This document shows positions 1 to 9,314 of a DNA stretch of 44,782 nucleotides, piece after piece; positions within the stretch are counted from its first letter, which is position 1, and every line of letters begins with the position of its first letter. Under the pieces are notes generated by a model, which was not told the DNA's origin, made no database searches, and saw only the letters and a list, made by a program, of their open reading frames with translations. Location of the stretch: sequence record SRR20825006_690. One strand, given 5' to 3'. The position numbers and the translations under genes are program-made.

Positions 1-28
1 GAGGGTTCGAATCCCTCCCTCTCCGCCA
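1..28 (+). tRNA. 3' end of a tRNA, probably tRNA-Ser (truncated by window start)
   Basis: GAGGG-TTCGAAT-CCCTC T-arm, then acceptor strand CCTCTCC, discriminator G and encoded CCA. The anticodon is outside the window; Ser is inferred from the G discriminator and the CTCTCCGCCA end. Confidence 0.9.
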
Positions 29-30
29 TT

Positions 31-64
31 AAAAGCCTTTAGCTTAGCTAAGGGCTTTTTTTTT
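31..64 (+). terminator. Rho-independent terminator after the tRNA
   Basis: AAAAGCCTTTAGC-TTA-GCTAAGGGCTTTT hairpin (one G-U pair) running into a T9 tract. Confidence 0.85.
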
Positions 65-150
65 GAATAGATGTTAAATTTCTCAATTTATCTGAAAAGC
101 ACCCATTTGTGTAGTACATTAATGATTATGTATTCTTAATATTAAAACTC

Positions 151-168
151 AGTGTAAGTACTTATACT
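151..168. promoter_or_regulatory. 18-bp near-perfect palindrome, candidate operator
   Basis: AGTGTAAGT|ACTTATACT (one mismatch, no loop), ~65 bp upstream of the lipoprotein start. Confidence 0.4.
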
Positions 169-233
169 ATAAAGATGGCTTATATCCGAGAATAATTAGG
201 GTATTTTTAGAATTAACATTAAAAAAATTCAAT

Positions 234-2507
234 ATGGGAAAGAACAACAGGATAATCTGTTTATTGGTAGGATTTGTACTCTTGTACGGATGTGAAATAC
301 CAAAACAACCAGATTTTACTACCTCACACAAAATAGAAGCACCTCTGCTTTTTGATAAAGAATATCAATTTCTTGGTGGAGAAGGAGCGCTCTTAGATAC
401 TACCAAATCTCAATTCGATTCCTTATTTACTGTTTTAGGGAACGAACAGATTGTAATCTCCATCGAAGAAGATTTCGATTTTGGTGATTTAGACGATGCA
501 ATTCCTATTGTTAATGTTGCCCCAACAACTTTTCAATCGAAAGTAGGTGAGTTAGAGATTGGTAGTTTCTCTTCTGGTAATGGGAATTTAGGTACTGCTA
601 GTTTTGAAGATTTGACGGGTTTAAATCCAGCTTTGGTTCCTTCAGGAACTTTAATTCCTGGTGGAACTACTCCTTCACCAGTTATTATTGAAGTAGGTAA
701 CAACACCGACTTTTTTGTAAGCGCTACGGTAAAAAGTGGTGGTATCGAGGTTTCAGTTACAAACAGTCTTGGATTTGATATTAGTAATATCGGTTTGAAA
801 TTAAAGTCTGGTACTACTGAAGTAACAACAGGTAACTTAACAGATGTTAATCATGGTGCTACCACATCAACTGTATTAGCTTTTGTTGAAGGTGATGTTT
901 TAAGTGAGCTTAAAATTGAAGTAACCGTAACATGGTTGGCTCAAAATACATCTGCAGAACCTGGTGAGCTTGTAGTTGAGAATATCGTGGGTGATAATCT
1001 TGTTGCATCTGCTGTAGAAGCAGCTCTAGAACCTCAAGATTTTTACTCTATTAATACATCAAGCTTTGATGCTACTGAATTCGATTTTGGCACTGATGAA
1101 ACCCATTATGTAGAATTGAAATCAGGTGAACTTAATATTGCACCAATTCAAAATGGTCTTGATATAACTATTGAAGATCTTAAAATTTCTTTTCCTGGTA
1201 TTAGAAGTGCTCCATTCGGTGATGCTGATTCACTAATTATCACGTATTCTAATTCCGGTGGTGTTGACGAGCGCATTCTTCGTTCTTCAAGCTCAGTAGT
1301 GAAAAGTATAGATTTAGCTGGATATAGATTCTTTGCTCCAAATAATGAGATTAAGTTTAATATTGCAGCTTCAACTGAGAATACTCAGAATGCAGCTGCA
1401 AATGATCAAACTCGTGTTATTAACGAAGACAACGACATCACTTCTTCAGTAGCCATTTCCAATCTCGCTATAAAAGAAGCATTTGGAATTGTAAAGCAAC
1501 AAAATGTATTACTAAACACCGATGATGGCGAAGATGGAATTCTGGATGTATTTAACGATCTAGAAGCTGAGGTAACAAAAATTGATGGTTTAGAAGATAT
1601 TTCAAAGCAACTTGACGGCTTAGACTTTACAAATCCTAGCCTAACCATTAACTATGATTCAAATATTGGTATAGCAACTACTATTTACGGTGTTTTTGTT
1701 GGTAAAAATGGTAATGGTGAAGAAGTATTTTTAAGTGGTGCTAACAAAGATGGTACTTTCTTAGTTGCTCCAACCGACCCTGTTACAGGTTTATATGCAA
1801 ATGGTACGCAGTTAACTGCTGACCAAATGATTAAATTTGAATTGGAGAAAGTTGTGGGTGGAGGAACAGTTTCTTCAAGTATCTCATTTAATAAGAATAA
1901 TACGAATGTTGATGATTTCTTAAATAACTTACCTAGTCAAATTCGTTTTATTGGTAAAGCAGTTGTTAACCAAGATGAGTTAGAAGGGACAATTGGTGAG
2001 TCTCTAGTATTCGAACCAAAGATTAGTGTAGATTTACCTCTTACATTTACCTCAACTGGGGCAACGTTTAAGGATACTACAGATCAAGATATGTCTAACT
2101 TTCCGTCAACTGAAAATGGAGATGACAGCCGAATTACTAAAGGCCAAATCGAAGTTAGCTACACCAACGGTCTTCCAATGGGTTTTGAAATTGAGCTCAA
2201 CTTTCTCGGTGAACAAGACACCCTTGTTACATCAATACCACTACCAACTGGTGATCCTCTAAGTTTGAATCCTTCTGATATAGATCCAGTAACTTCATTT
2301 TCGTCAACACCCCAAAGTGGTAAGCTTATAATAGCTCTTAATACTGATCAGCTTACAAGATTACACCAGACTAGAAAATTAGAAGTTAACGCAACGTTAA
2401 TTACAACGAGTGTTAATGGAGTTAATCAGTCTGTAAAACTCAGAGCCACTGACAAAATCTCTTTAGGTATCAGAGCAAACATAACAATTGAAAGTGATGT
2501 TAAATAA
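234..2507 (+). CDS. Large acidic beta-rich lipoprotein of unknown function (757 aa)
   Basis: Lipobox LLYG-C20 after a hydrophobic stretch; beta-strand-rich, with a recurring (K/T)xGxIxVSxTNxLx-like motif. Confidence 0.85.
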   Translation: MGKNNRIICLLVGFVLLYGCEIPKQPDFTTSHKIEAPLLFDKEYQFLGGEGALLDTTKSQFDSLFTVLGNEQIVISIEEDFDFGDLDDAIPIVNVAPTTFQSKVGELEIGSFSSGNGNLGTASFEDLTGLNPALVPSGTLIPGGTTPSPVIIEVGNNTDFFVSATVKSGGIEVSVTNSLGFDISNIGLKLKSGTTEVTTGNLTDVNHGATTSTVLAFVEGDVLSELKIEVTVTWLAQNTSAEPGELVVENIVGDNLVASAVEAALEPQDFYSINTSSFDATEFDFGTDETHYVELKSGELNIAPIQNGLDITIEDLKISFPGIRSAPFGDADSLIITYSNSGGVDERILRSSSSVVKSIDLAGYRFFAPNNEIKFNIAASTENTQNAAANDQTRVINEDNDITSSVAISNLAIKEAFGIVKQQNVLLNTDDGEDGILDVFNDLEAEVTKIDGLEDISKQLDGLDFTNPSLTINYDSNIGIATTIYGVFVGKNGNGEEVFLSGANKDGTFLVAPTDPVTGLYANGTQLTADQMIKFELEKVVGGGTVSSSISFNKNNTNVDDFLNNLPSQIRFIGKAVVNQDELEGTIGESLVFEPKISVDLPLTFTSTGATFKDTTDQDMSNFPSTENGDDSRITKGQIEVSYTNGLPMGFEIELNFLGEQDTLVTSIPLPTGDPLSLNPSDIDPVTSFSSTPQSGKLIIALNTDQLTRLHQTRKLEVNATLITTSVNGVNQSVKLRATDKISLGIRANITIESDVK

Positions 2508-2520
2508 TAAGGTAGCAACA

Positions 2521-4023
2521 ATGAATAAATTAAAAACGCTTCTAACGATCTGTTTTGCTTTATCAGCTACCTTAGTGGTAGCTCAAGGGCGACATTACAC
2601 AACTTCATCACTTGGTATGGGTGGTGGCGGAACGGCATATGTAGACGGATATCATGCTAATTTTATAAATCCTGCAAACTTAATGCTACAAACGCATAGG
2701 CCAAAAAGATCTTTAGGTCTTCTTGGAGGTGTTGGAGCAAGAGTTGGTGGTTCTTTAGTTAATATTAGTACTTACAATAAGTATTTGACAAAAGGCCTTA
2801 CAATTGATGGCCAAACTCGTGTTGATATGCTCAACGACTTTTTCGGAAGTAACCCTGAAAATACTCGAGAGTTATCTGGAACTTTAAATATTGTTCCATT
2901 TGGATTTTCGAATCGTGGAACAAAATCTGCATTTAGTTTGAGTTCTCGTGTTAGAGTTACCGAAGATTTAGCGGTGAATAAAGGACTAGCAGAATTAGGA
3001 TTCTACGGGCTTGATTCCGAGAAATTTGGAACACCAACACCCGTGAATTTTGATTTGAACGTTGTGTCTTTTGCAGAAGTTTCAATAGGCTATGCAAGAG
3101 AGGTTTTTAAGTTTGATAATCTTTTATTTGCTAGAAATGTTAAAATTTATGCAGGTGTAGCTCCAAAGTATATCATTGGTGCGCAATCATCTAAAATGGA
3201 TTTTAACTCTACCATTACTGTTAGTGGTACAGATGGAACAAATCAAGGATCTGTGGTTCATAATTTTAACTACTCGATTCATTCTTTTGGGGAACTTTCT
3301 CAGCAATTACAAGACTACTCTGGAGCTCGTAGTTTAAATTCAAAGGCTAAGTTTGATGACTATGTTGATTACTCTGGTTCTGACGTAGGAACACTTGGTT
3401 CTGGCTTTGGGCTAGATATGGGTGTTACTGCAGAAATGGATATATCACACATTAGTATTCCCGTTTTAAACTTTTTTGGAAAGGATAAAAAGCTTCGTGT
3501 TTCTATGTCTTTAACTGATTTAGGTAAAGTATCTTTTGACGAGAATCCATCTAGAATTTATGCGGATGGAACCTTTACTTTTGATGGTGATATCGGCGAA
3601 ACTGAAATAGGTGATTATTACGATAACCTTCAAGATAGTTTGCAGAATGACATTTATGGTAATTTTGATGCTGAAAAAACTGGTGCTGTAGATTATAGAT
3701 TACCAGGCATGTATAACTTTGGCGCTGCACTAACGGCCGGAAAGTTGATGCTTGCTATAGATTATGGCTTTGGCTTTAACAATAACGGCACCAATTCTAA
3801 GAAAAGTTCTCTAAATCTTGGCGTTGAATATCGCTTGCTTGGATTTATGCCATTAAGAGTTGGTACTAGAATGGGTGGGTTTGCTTCAACTGCTTATACA
3901 GGTGGTTTTGGTCTAGACTTCAATTTCTTTGAGCTAACTGTTGCGGGCTCAATTGTTAATGATTCTAAAGAAAACGGTGGCTCTGCTACTGGTGTTTGGA
4001 GTGGTTTAGTATTTAGATTCTAA
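2521..4023 (+). CDS. Outer-membrane beta-barrel protein, DUF5723/FadL-like
   Basis: Signal peptide ending VVA|Q from ATG 2521 (more likely than TTG 2488). N-terminal SLGMGGGGTA...NPANL motif typical of FadL/PorV/DUF5723 barrels; amphipathic strands; C-terminal GLVFRF. Confidence 0.8.
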   Translation: MNKLKTLLTICFALSATLVVAQGRHYTTSSLGMGGGGTAYVDGYHANFINPANLMLQTHRPKRSLGLLGGVGARVGGSLVNISTYNKYLTKGLTIDGQTRVDMLNDFFGSNPENTRELSGTLNIVPFGFSNRGTKSAFSLSSRVRVTEDLAVNKGLAELGFYGLDSEKFGTPTPVNFDLNVVSFAEVSIGYAREVFKFDNLLFARNVKIYAGVAPKYIIGAQSSKMDFNSTITVSGTDGTNQGSVVHNFNYSIHSFGELSQQLQDYSGARSLNSKAKFDDYVDYSGSDVGTLGSGFGLDMGVTAEMDISHISIPVLNFFGKDKKLRVSMSLTDLGKVSFDENPSRIYADGTFTFDGDIGETEIGDYYDNLQDSLQNDIYGNFDAEKTGAVDYRLPGMYNFGAALTAGKLMLAIDYGFGFNNNGTNSKKSSLNLGVEYRLLGFMPLRVGTRMGGFASTAYTGGFGLDFNFFELTVAGSIVNDSKENGGSATGVWSGLVFRF

Positions 4024-4041
4024 ACTTTTTCTACAATTTCT

Positions 4042-4082
4042 AAAGGCTCACTTTCTATGCATATAGGAAGTGAGCCTTTTTT
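4042..4082. terminator. Probable bidirectional terminator between convergent genes
   Basis: AAAGGCTCACTTTCTAT-GCAT-ATAGGAAGTGAGCCTTT inverted repeat followed by Ts, between the stops at 4023 (+) and 4081 (-). Confidence 0.85.
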
Positions 4083-5163
4083 ATTTCAAGAACCTTTTTA
4101 TATCAACCTCTGGCGGGAGAGAAGAGGAGTTGAGAATTAAACCAACAAGAGCGTTAGCTAGATAACTACTGAACAGTAATCCTTTGGATCCCAATCCTGT
4201 AAAGATATAAAAGTTATCAAACTCAGGATGTTTCCCTAAGATGGGCATTCTATCTTGAGTTGAAGCTCTAATTCCAGCCCATTGCGTAGTTTCAACAATA
4301 ACTTCTGAAATAGAGGGCATAACAAGAGCAAGCTTTTTTAAAATGTAATTAAGCCCCTCAGAATCGGTATGCGAATGTTCAAATTTATGTTCATAAGTAC
4401 TTCCTGCAGCAAAGCTCTTTTCACCGTATTCTGAGAAATATCCCAAAGCAGAAACAGAAGCGTTGTAAGGGAAAGGGGCTTTAGTTTCAAGAATGGCTAT
4501 TTGCCCTTTCACAGCATGTAGTGTCAGAAAGTCCCATTGAGAAATACCATTGCTCTCAATTCCGGCGGCTGTGATAACGGTAGAAGCTTCAATCTTAGAA
4601 TCATCAAACTTCAGAGACCAGCTTTTATCACTCTTTGAAAGATCAAACTCTTGGTTTGTGATAAATTCAACGTTTCTGCTTTCCAATAGGTTTGAATAAG
4701 CAGTTAAGAACGCAGGTAATTTCACGCTTAAACCTATTGGAAGCCAAACTCCACCACCTACGCAGTTAATGCCAGGATAAAGTGCCTTAAGCTCTTCTTC
4801 ATCAATCCAAAAACACCAATCTTTTGGCCAATCGGTTGAATCAAAATTCGCCTTCATTCTTGTTGCAATCTTGGTGTCGAGTGCTGGACGTAATACCCCC
4901 GTTTTCTTATAGAAGGATTCTTGAGAATGTCGCTGAACTTTTTCTAAAGTTTCTAAAATGCTTTGGTAACATTCTTCAGCCTTCCAAGTTTTAGTGGCAA
5001 ATCTTCCCGTTGCAGGATTAACTAAACCAAGTGGAGTACCAGAAGCTCCTCCAGCAACACCATTTGGATCAACAACAACTACAGAAGCACCAGTTTCGGA
5101 AAGTTTATCGGCTATGGAAAGGCCAGCTAAACCAGCTCCGAGAATACAAAAATCAAAGGCCAT
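4081..5163 (-). CDS. FAD-dependent oxidoreductase, DAO/glycine oxidase/MnmC-C-terminal-like
   Basis: N-terminal ILGAGLAG Rossmann motif, GGASG, VKGQ, WAGIRAST.DRMPILG and GLGSKG motifs. Confidence 0.85.
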   Translation of the reverse strand: MAFDFCILGAGLAGLSIADKLSETGASVVVVDPNGVAGGASGTPLGLVNPATGRFATKTWKAEECYQSILETLEKVQRHSQESFYKKTGVLRPALDTKIATRMKANFDSTDWPKDWCFWIDEEELKALYPGINCVGGGVWLPIGLSVKLPAFLTAYSNLLESRNVEFITNQEFDLSKSDKSWSLKFDDSKIEASTVITAAGIESNGISQWDFLTLHAVKGQIAILETKAPFPYNASVSALGYFSEYGEKSFAAGSTYEHKFEHSHTDSEGLNYILKKLALVMPSISEVIVETTQWAGIRASTQDRMPILGKHPEFDNFYIFTGLGSKGLLFSSYLANALVGLILNSSSLPPEVDIKRFLK

Positions 5164-5791
5164 ACAATTCAGTGAGATAGTTTATTACATGGGCTGTATT
5201 CGTCAATTTGATCCCATTAAGTTTCATTTCTTTAAGAGCCGAGTCAACCGAATTATCTAAGTCTATTCCTCGAACAGCATCTTCTACTAAATAGACTTCA
5301 AAGCCCTCATTAATAGCATCTATCGCAGACCATTTCACACAAAAGTCTGTAGCAAGACCAGTAACAAAAAGAGTTTTAATGTTTAAAGCTTTTAAATAAC
5401 CAGTTAACCCTGTAGCAGTAGTCTGATCATTCTCGTAAAATGCAGAATAAGAATCTACGGAAGCCCGAACTCCTTTTCTTAAAATAAGATTGGTTCTAGT
5501 AGTGTCTAAGCCTGGATGGAATTCTGCGCCAACACTTCCTTGAACACAATGGTCTGGCCAGAGAACTTGAGTTCCATAGCTCATCTCAATGGTTTCGTAG
5601 GGTTTTTTATTCTCGTGTTGAGATGCGAAACTTGAATGATTTTCAGGATGCCAATCTTGTGTCTGAACTATATGCTTGAAATATCCTAGAATTCTATTAA
5701 TGGGGTTAATTACCAAATCTCCATTGGGGACAGCTAACTCGCCCCCAGGGCAAAAATCATTTTGTACATCAACGATTAGTAAAGTGTGCAT
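5153..5791 (-). CDS. pncA: Nicotinamidase/pyrazinamidase
   Basis: VDVQNDFCPGG, TQDWHP, WPDHCVQG, DSYSAF and GLATDFCV motifs; adjacent to pncB. Confidence 0.95.
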   Translation of the reverse strand: MHTLLIVDVQNDFCPGGELAVPNGDLVINPINRILGYFKHIVQTQDWHPENHSSFASQHENKKPYETIEMSYGTQVLWPDHCVQGSVGAEFHPGLDTTRTNLILRKGVRASVDSYSAFYENDQTTATGLTGYLKALNIKTLFVTGLATDFCVKWSAIDAINEGFEVYLVEDAVRGIDLDNSVDSALKEMKLNGIKLTNTAHVINYLTELYGL

Positions 5792-5793
5792 GG

Positions 5794-7197
5794 CTAATGT
5801 GTATTTGAGTTTAGAATAGAATCTCTTAGGGCTTTTAAGTTAGCACTAATTCCAACCTTATAAACGTGTGGATTATCGAAGCGTTTATGTTCAGGATTTA
5901 ACTTACGGAGCTGTTCTTTTGCATATTGAGCACTTTCTGTTACCGTTGGAATTTCTATGACTATTTTTCCATTATGAACAACGAGTTGTAATAAATCACA
6001 GGATTTTAATCCTTTTAAATTAGTTTTTTTAGTGGGATAAAATGGATGTTGAATGGTGTCTAAATCAGGCTCATCTAATAACGCAATTCCATCAGCATAA
6101 AAGCTTCCGTCTTCATTAAAGTATCGAGTTACTTTCTTTGCACCAGGAAGGGTTACTTTTTCAACGTTTTCTGAAATTTTGAGCGTTGGTCGTTGCTGTA
6201 TAGAACTGAGTTTATAAACTCCATCTAAGGCAGGATTATCGTAAGCAGTGACGAGTTTAGTTCCCACTCCGAAAATATCGATAGGGGCGTTTTGATCAAG
6301 CAAACTTTTGATTAGATGCTCATCCAATTGATTTGAAGCGGCAATCTTTACGTAATTCAAACCAGCAGCATCAAGTTGAGCTCGAGCACTTTTGGAGAGA
6401 TAAGCTAAATCTCCACTATCCAAACGAATAGCTTTTAATTGGTGGCCATTTTCTTCGAGTTCTTTAGCTACTGCGATGGTGTTAGGAATCCCACTTTTAA
6501 GCGTGTCGTAGGTGTCTACAAGAAATACACTGCTATCTGAGTAAAATTTAGCATATGCTCTAAAAGCCGAAAGTTCGTCTTCAAAAGATTGAATCCAAGA
6601 GTGCGCCATGGTTCCGCTAACATCAAAGCCGTATGTCATTCCACTATACACGTTCGAAGATCCATCTAAACCGCCGATGATTGCCGCTTTGCTAGCATGT
6701 ATACCTCCAAAGCCTTGCGAGCGTCTGAGGCCAAAATCTAAGACCGTTCTATCGCCTGCAACATGACGTACTCTAGATGCCTTGGTAGCAATTAGAGACT
6801 CGAAGTTTAGAATATTCAGAAGTAGCGTCTCAATAATCTGAGCTTCTATAAGTGTGCCTTCAACACGCAAAATGGGCTGGTTAGGGAAAATTATCTCACC
6901 TTCTTTTGCGGAATAGATATTTCCTTTAAAACGGAACTGTTTTAAGAACTCAAGAAATTCTTTTTTAAATCCATACGATTTTAAAAACTCTAGTTCATCT
7001 TCATGAAAAGTGAACTCTTTTAGTTCCTCCAAGAAGTCTGCAAGTCCTGCAAACACTACATAGCCACCTTTAAAAGGTAGTTTTCTAAAGAAATAATCGA
7101 AGGTGCATTGTTCAAGATGTCTATCTGCAAGAAAATACCCCTGCGCCATGGTAAATTCATAATAATCAGTATAGCTGGCAGGACGATTTAGTATCAT
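5794..7197 (-). CDS. pncB: Nicotinate phosphoribosyltransferase
   Basis: TDYYEFTM, DFGLRR, GTMAHSW, LVDTYDT, IRLDSGDL and FGVGTKL motifs. Confidence 0.95.
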   Translation of the reverse strand: MILNRPASYTDYYEFTMAQGYFLADRHLEQCTFDYFFRKLPFKGGYVVFAGLADFLEELKEFTFHEDELEFLKSYGFKKEFLEFLKQFRFKGNIYSAKEGEIIFPNQPILRVEGTLIEAQIIETLLLNILNFESLIATKASRVRHVAGDRTVLDFGLRRSQGFGGIHASKAAIIGGLDGSSNVYSGMTYGFDVSGTMAHSWIQSFEDELSAFRAYAKFYSDSSVFLVDTYDTLKSGIPNTIAVAKELEENGHQLKAIRLDSGDLAYLSKSARAQLDAAGLNYVKIAASNQLDEHLIKSLLDQNAPIDIFGVGTKLVTAYDNPALDGVYKLSSIQQRPTLKISENVEKVTLPGAKKVTRYFNEDGSFYADGIALLDEPDLDTIQHPFYPTKKTNLKGLKSCDLLQLVVHNGKIVIEIPTVTESAQYAKEQLRKLNPEHKRFDNPHVYKVGISANLKALRDSILNSNTH

Positions 7198-7400
7198 TAT
7201 TTGAGAAATGAATTAATTGATGGGAGTAAAATAAGTGAACCGTTGCCGTTCTCAAACCTAAAAACCCGTTTATTTTGTAGAGTTTACTTGTTCTTTTAAG
7301 CTTATAAAGAGGCCAAAAAATAATATTTAAAAATACTCATCATAGAGTCACTTAAACCTTATATTGAGGGCTACATTAAAGATTCTACTTTCTTCCATTT

Positions 7401-9290
7401 ATGACATATTTATCTACAGAAAACCTTTCTAAACAATTTGGGCTAAAGCCGCTGTTTCAAAATCTTACTTTTGGTATTTCCAAGGGAGATAAAACAGCAT
7501 TAATTGCTCAAAATGGTACAGGGAAGTCAACTTTGCTAAAGATTTTGGCAGGCAAAGAAACTGCTGATGCTGGCGAAGTAATGGTTCGAAATGGAATTCG
7601 TATTGGGATTTTGGAGCAAGAGCCAGAAATGGACGACAGCATGACCATTAGCCAGTTTATTGCTCATGGCGATAACGATATGGTTAATATTGTGAAGGCT
7701 TACGATAAAGCTGTAGCTGCCCAAGCAGAAGATTATAATACTGAAACTCAAAATGCATTTGATAAAGCTCTAGCAGCAATGGATGCAGCGAATGCTTGGG
7801 ATTATGAGCAACGTTTACATCAAATTTTGAGCGTTTTAAATATCACCGATTTAGATCAGTCTATAGCATCACTTTCGGGTGGACAAAGAAAACGTGTGGC
7901 ATTGGCTTTTGTACTGTTAGATGAACCAGATTTGTTGATTCTTGATGAGCCAACTAACCATCTTGATGTTGAAATGATTGAGTGGCTTGAAGCGTATCTC
8001 ACAAAAAGTAAGATGACATTACTTATGGTAACTCACGATAGGTACTTCTTAGATCGTGTTTGTAACCATATTTTAGAAATTGAAGACAGCAAACTGTACC
8101 ATCATAATGGGAATTACGCTTACTTTTTGCAGAAGAAAGAGGAAAGGGAAGAAGTTTACGCAATTGAAGTTGCTAAAGCCGGCAAGCTCGCCAAGAAAGA
8201 ACTAGAATGGATGCGTCGCCAACCGAAGGCGAGAACTACGAAGTCAAAATCTAGAATAGATGCTTTTTACGAAACGGAAAAGAAAGCGAATTCTGGCAAA
8301 GTTAAACAAGAAATTAAGCTAGATGTAAGTGTTTCACGAATTGGAGGGCAAGTACTTGAACTTCAAAAAGTAAGCAAGAGTTTTGGTGACCTAACGATCC
8401 TGAAAGATTTCGATTATTCCTTTAACAAAGGCGAAAGAATCGGGATAATTGGCAAGAATGGAGTTGGTAAAAGTACGTTCTTGAAAATTGTAACTGGTGT
8501 TGAACCCGTTGATTCTGGTGAAGTGCTTTCTGGTCAAACCATTGTGTATGGCCATTATAAGCAAGAGGGGATGAAGTTCAAAGAAAGCGAACGCGTAATT
8601 GATGTAATTAAAGAAGTGGCGGAAGTGATTAAACTTTCGAACGGAGATCAGATTTCGGCATCTCAGTTTTTAGAGCATTTTATGTTCGATTCTAAAATGC
8701 AGTACACACCCGTTAGTAAACTTAGTGGCGGGGAAAAGCGCCGTTTAGGCTTAATGATGGTGCTTATAAAAAATCCGAACTTCCTTATTCTGGATGAGCC
8801 TACGAATGATTTGGATCTTATCACCCTAGAAAAATTAGAGGTTTTTCTATCGGAATTTGGTGGTTGCCTCATTATCGTTTCTCACGATAGGTATTTCATG
8901 GATAATTTAGTTGATCATTATTTCGTATTTGAAGGAAATGGCGAAATCAACGACTTTAACGGAACTTACCAAGAGTATAAAACTCAAAGTTTAGAGTTAG
9001 AAGCTGAGTCTCGGAAAGATGCAGACAAGAAAGTAAAGCAGACTTCTAACGCTCCAAAATCTGCTCCAAAAGAAGAAAAGAAGTTAAGCTTCAAAGAGAA
9101 GAAAGAGTACGAGACTTTAGAAAAAGAAATTGCAAAGCTAGAAGCTGAGAAAACTAAACTAGAGACGGAAATTGGTTCTGGTAAGGCTCACTATGATAAG
9201 TTGCAGGAATTAACTTACCGTTACGGAGAAGTTAAAACCGAAATTGAAGAGAAAGAGTTTAGATGGTTGGAGCTTGCTGAAAGACTCTAA
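7401..9290 (+). CDS. ABC-F family ATPase (Uup-like)
   Basis: Two ABC domains (NGTGKST/LSGGQ/DEPTNHLD and NGVGKST/LSGGE/DEPTNDLD), no TM helices, C-terminal coiled coil ending RWLELAE. Confidence 0.92.
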   Translation: MTYLSTENLSKQFGLKPLFQNLTFGISKGDKTALIAQNGTGKSTLLKILAGKETADAGEVMVRNGIRIGILEQEPEMDDSMTISQFIAHGDNDMVNIVKAYDKAVAAQAEDYNTETQNAFDKALAAMDAANAWDYEQRLHQILSVLNITDLDQSIASLSGGQRKRVALAFVLLDEPDLLILDEPTNHLDVEMIEWLEAYLTKSKMTLLMVTHDRYFLDRVCNHILEIEDSKLYHHNGNYAYFLQKKEEREEVYAIEVAKAGKLAKKELEWMRRQPKARTTKSKSRIDAFYETEKKANSGKVKQEIKLDVSVSRIGGQVLELQKVSKSFGDLTILKDFDYSFNKGERIGIIGKNGVGKSTFLKIVTGVEPVDSGEVLSGQTIVYGHYKQEGMKFKESERVIDVIKEVAEVIKLSNGDQISASQFLEHFMFDSKMQYTPVSKLSGGEKRRLGLMMVLIKNPNFLILDEPTNDLDLITLEKLEVFLSEFGGCLIIVSHDRYFMDNLVDHYFVFEGNGEINDFNGTYQEYKTQSLELEAESRKDADKKVKQTSNAPKSAPKEEKKLSFKEKKEYETLEKEIAKLEAEKTKLETEIGSGKAHYDKLQELTYRYGEVKTEIEEKEFRWLELAERL

Positions 9291-9314
9291 GTTCTAGATT
9301 CAGGTGGGTAAGTT

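Noticed and set aside
2488-2520. Upstream TTG start for the barrel gene
   Set aside because: It overlaps the lipoprotein gene and adds a non-signal extension; ATG 2521 gives a normal signal peptide.
1-4023. tRNA-anchored genomic island
   Set aside because: There is no integrase, no second copy of the tRNA 3' end that I could find, and the downstream genes look native.
7272-7292. GT-N7-AC (GTAGAGTTTAC) upstream of pncB as a possible NrtR box
   Set aside because: The flanks are not palindromic, such a short match is expected by chance, and there is no nrtR in the window.
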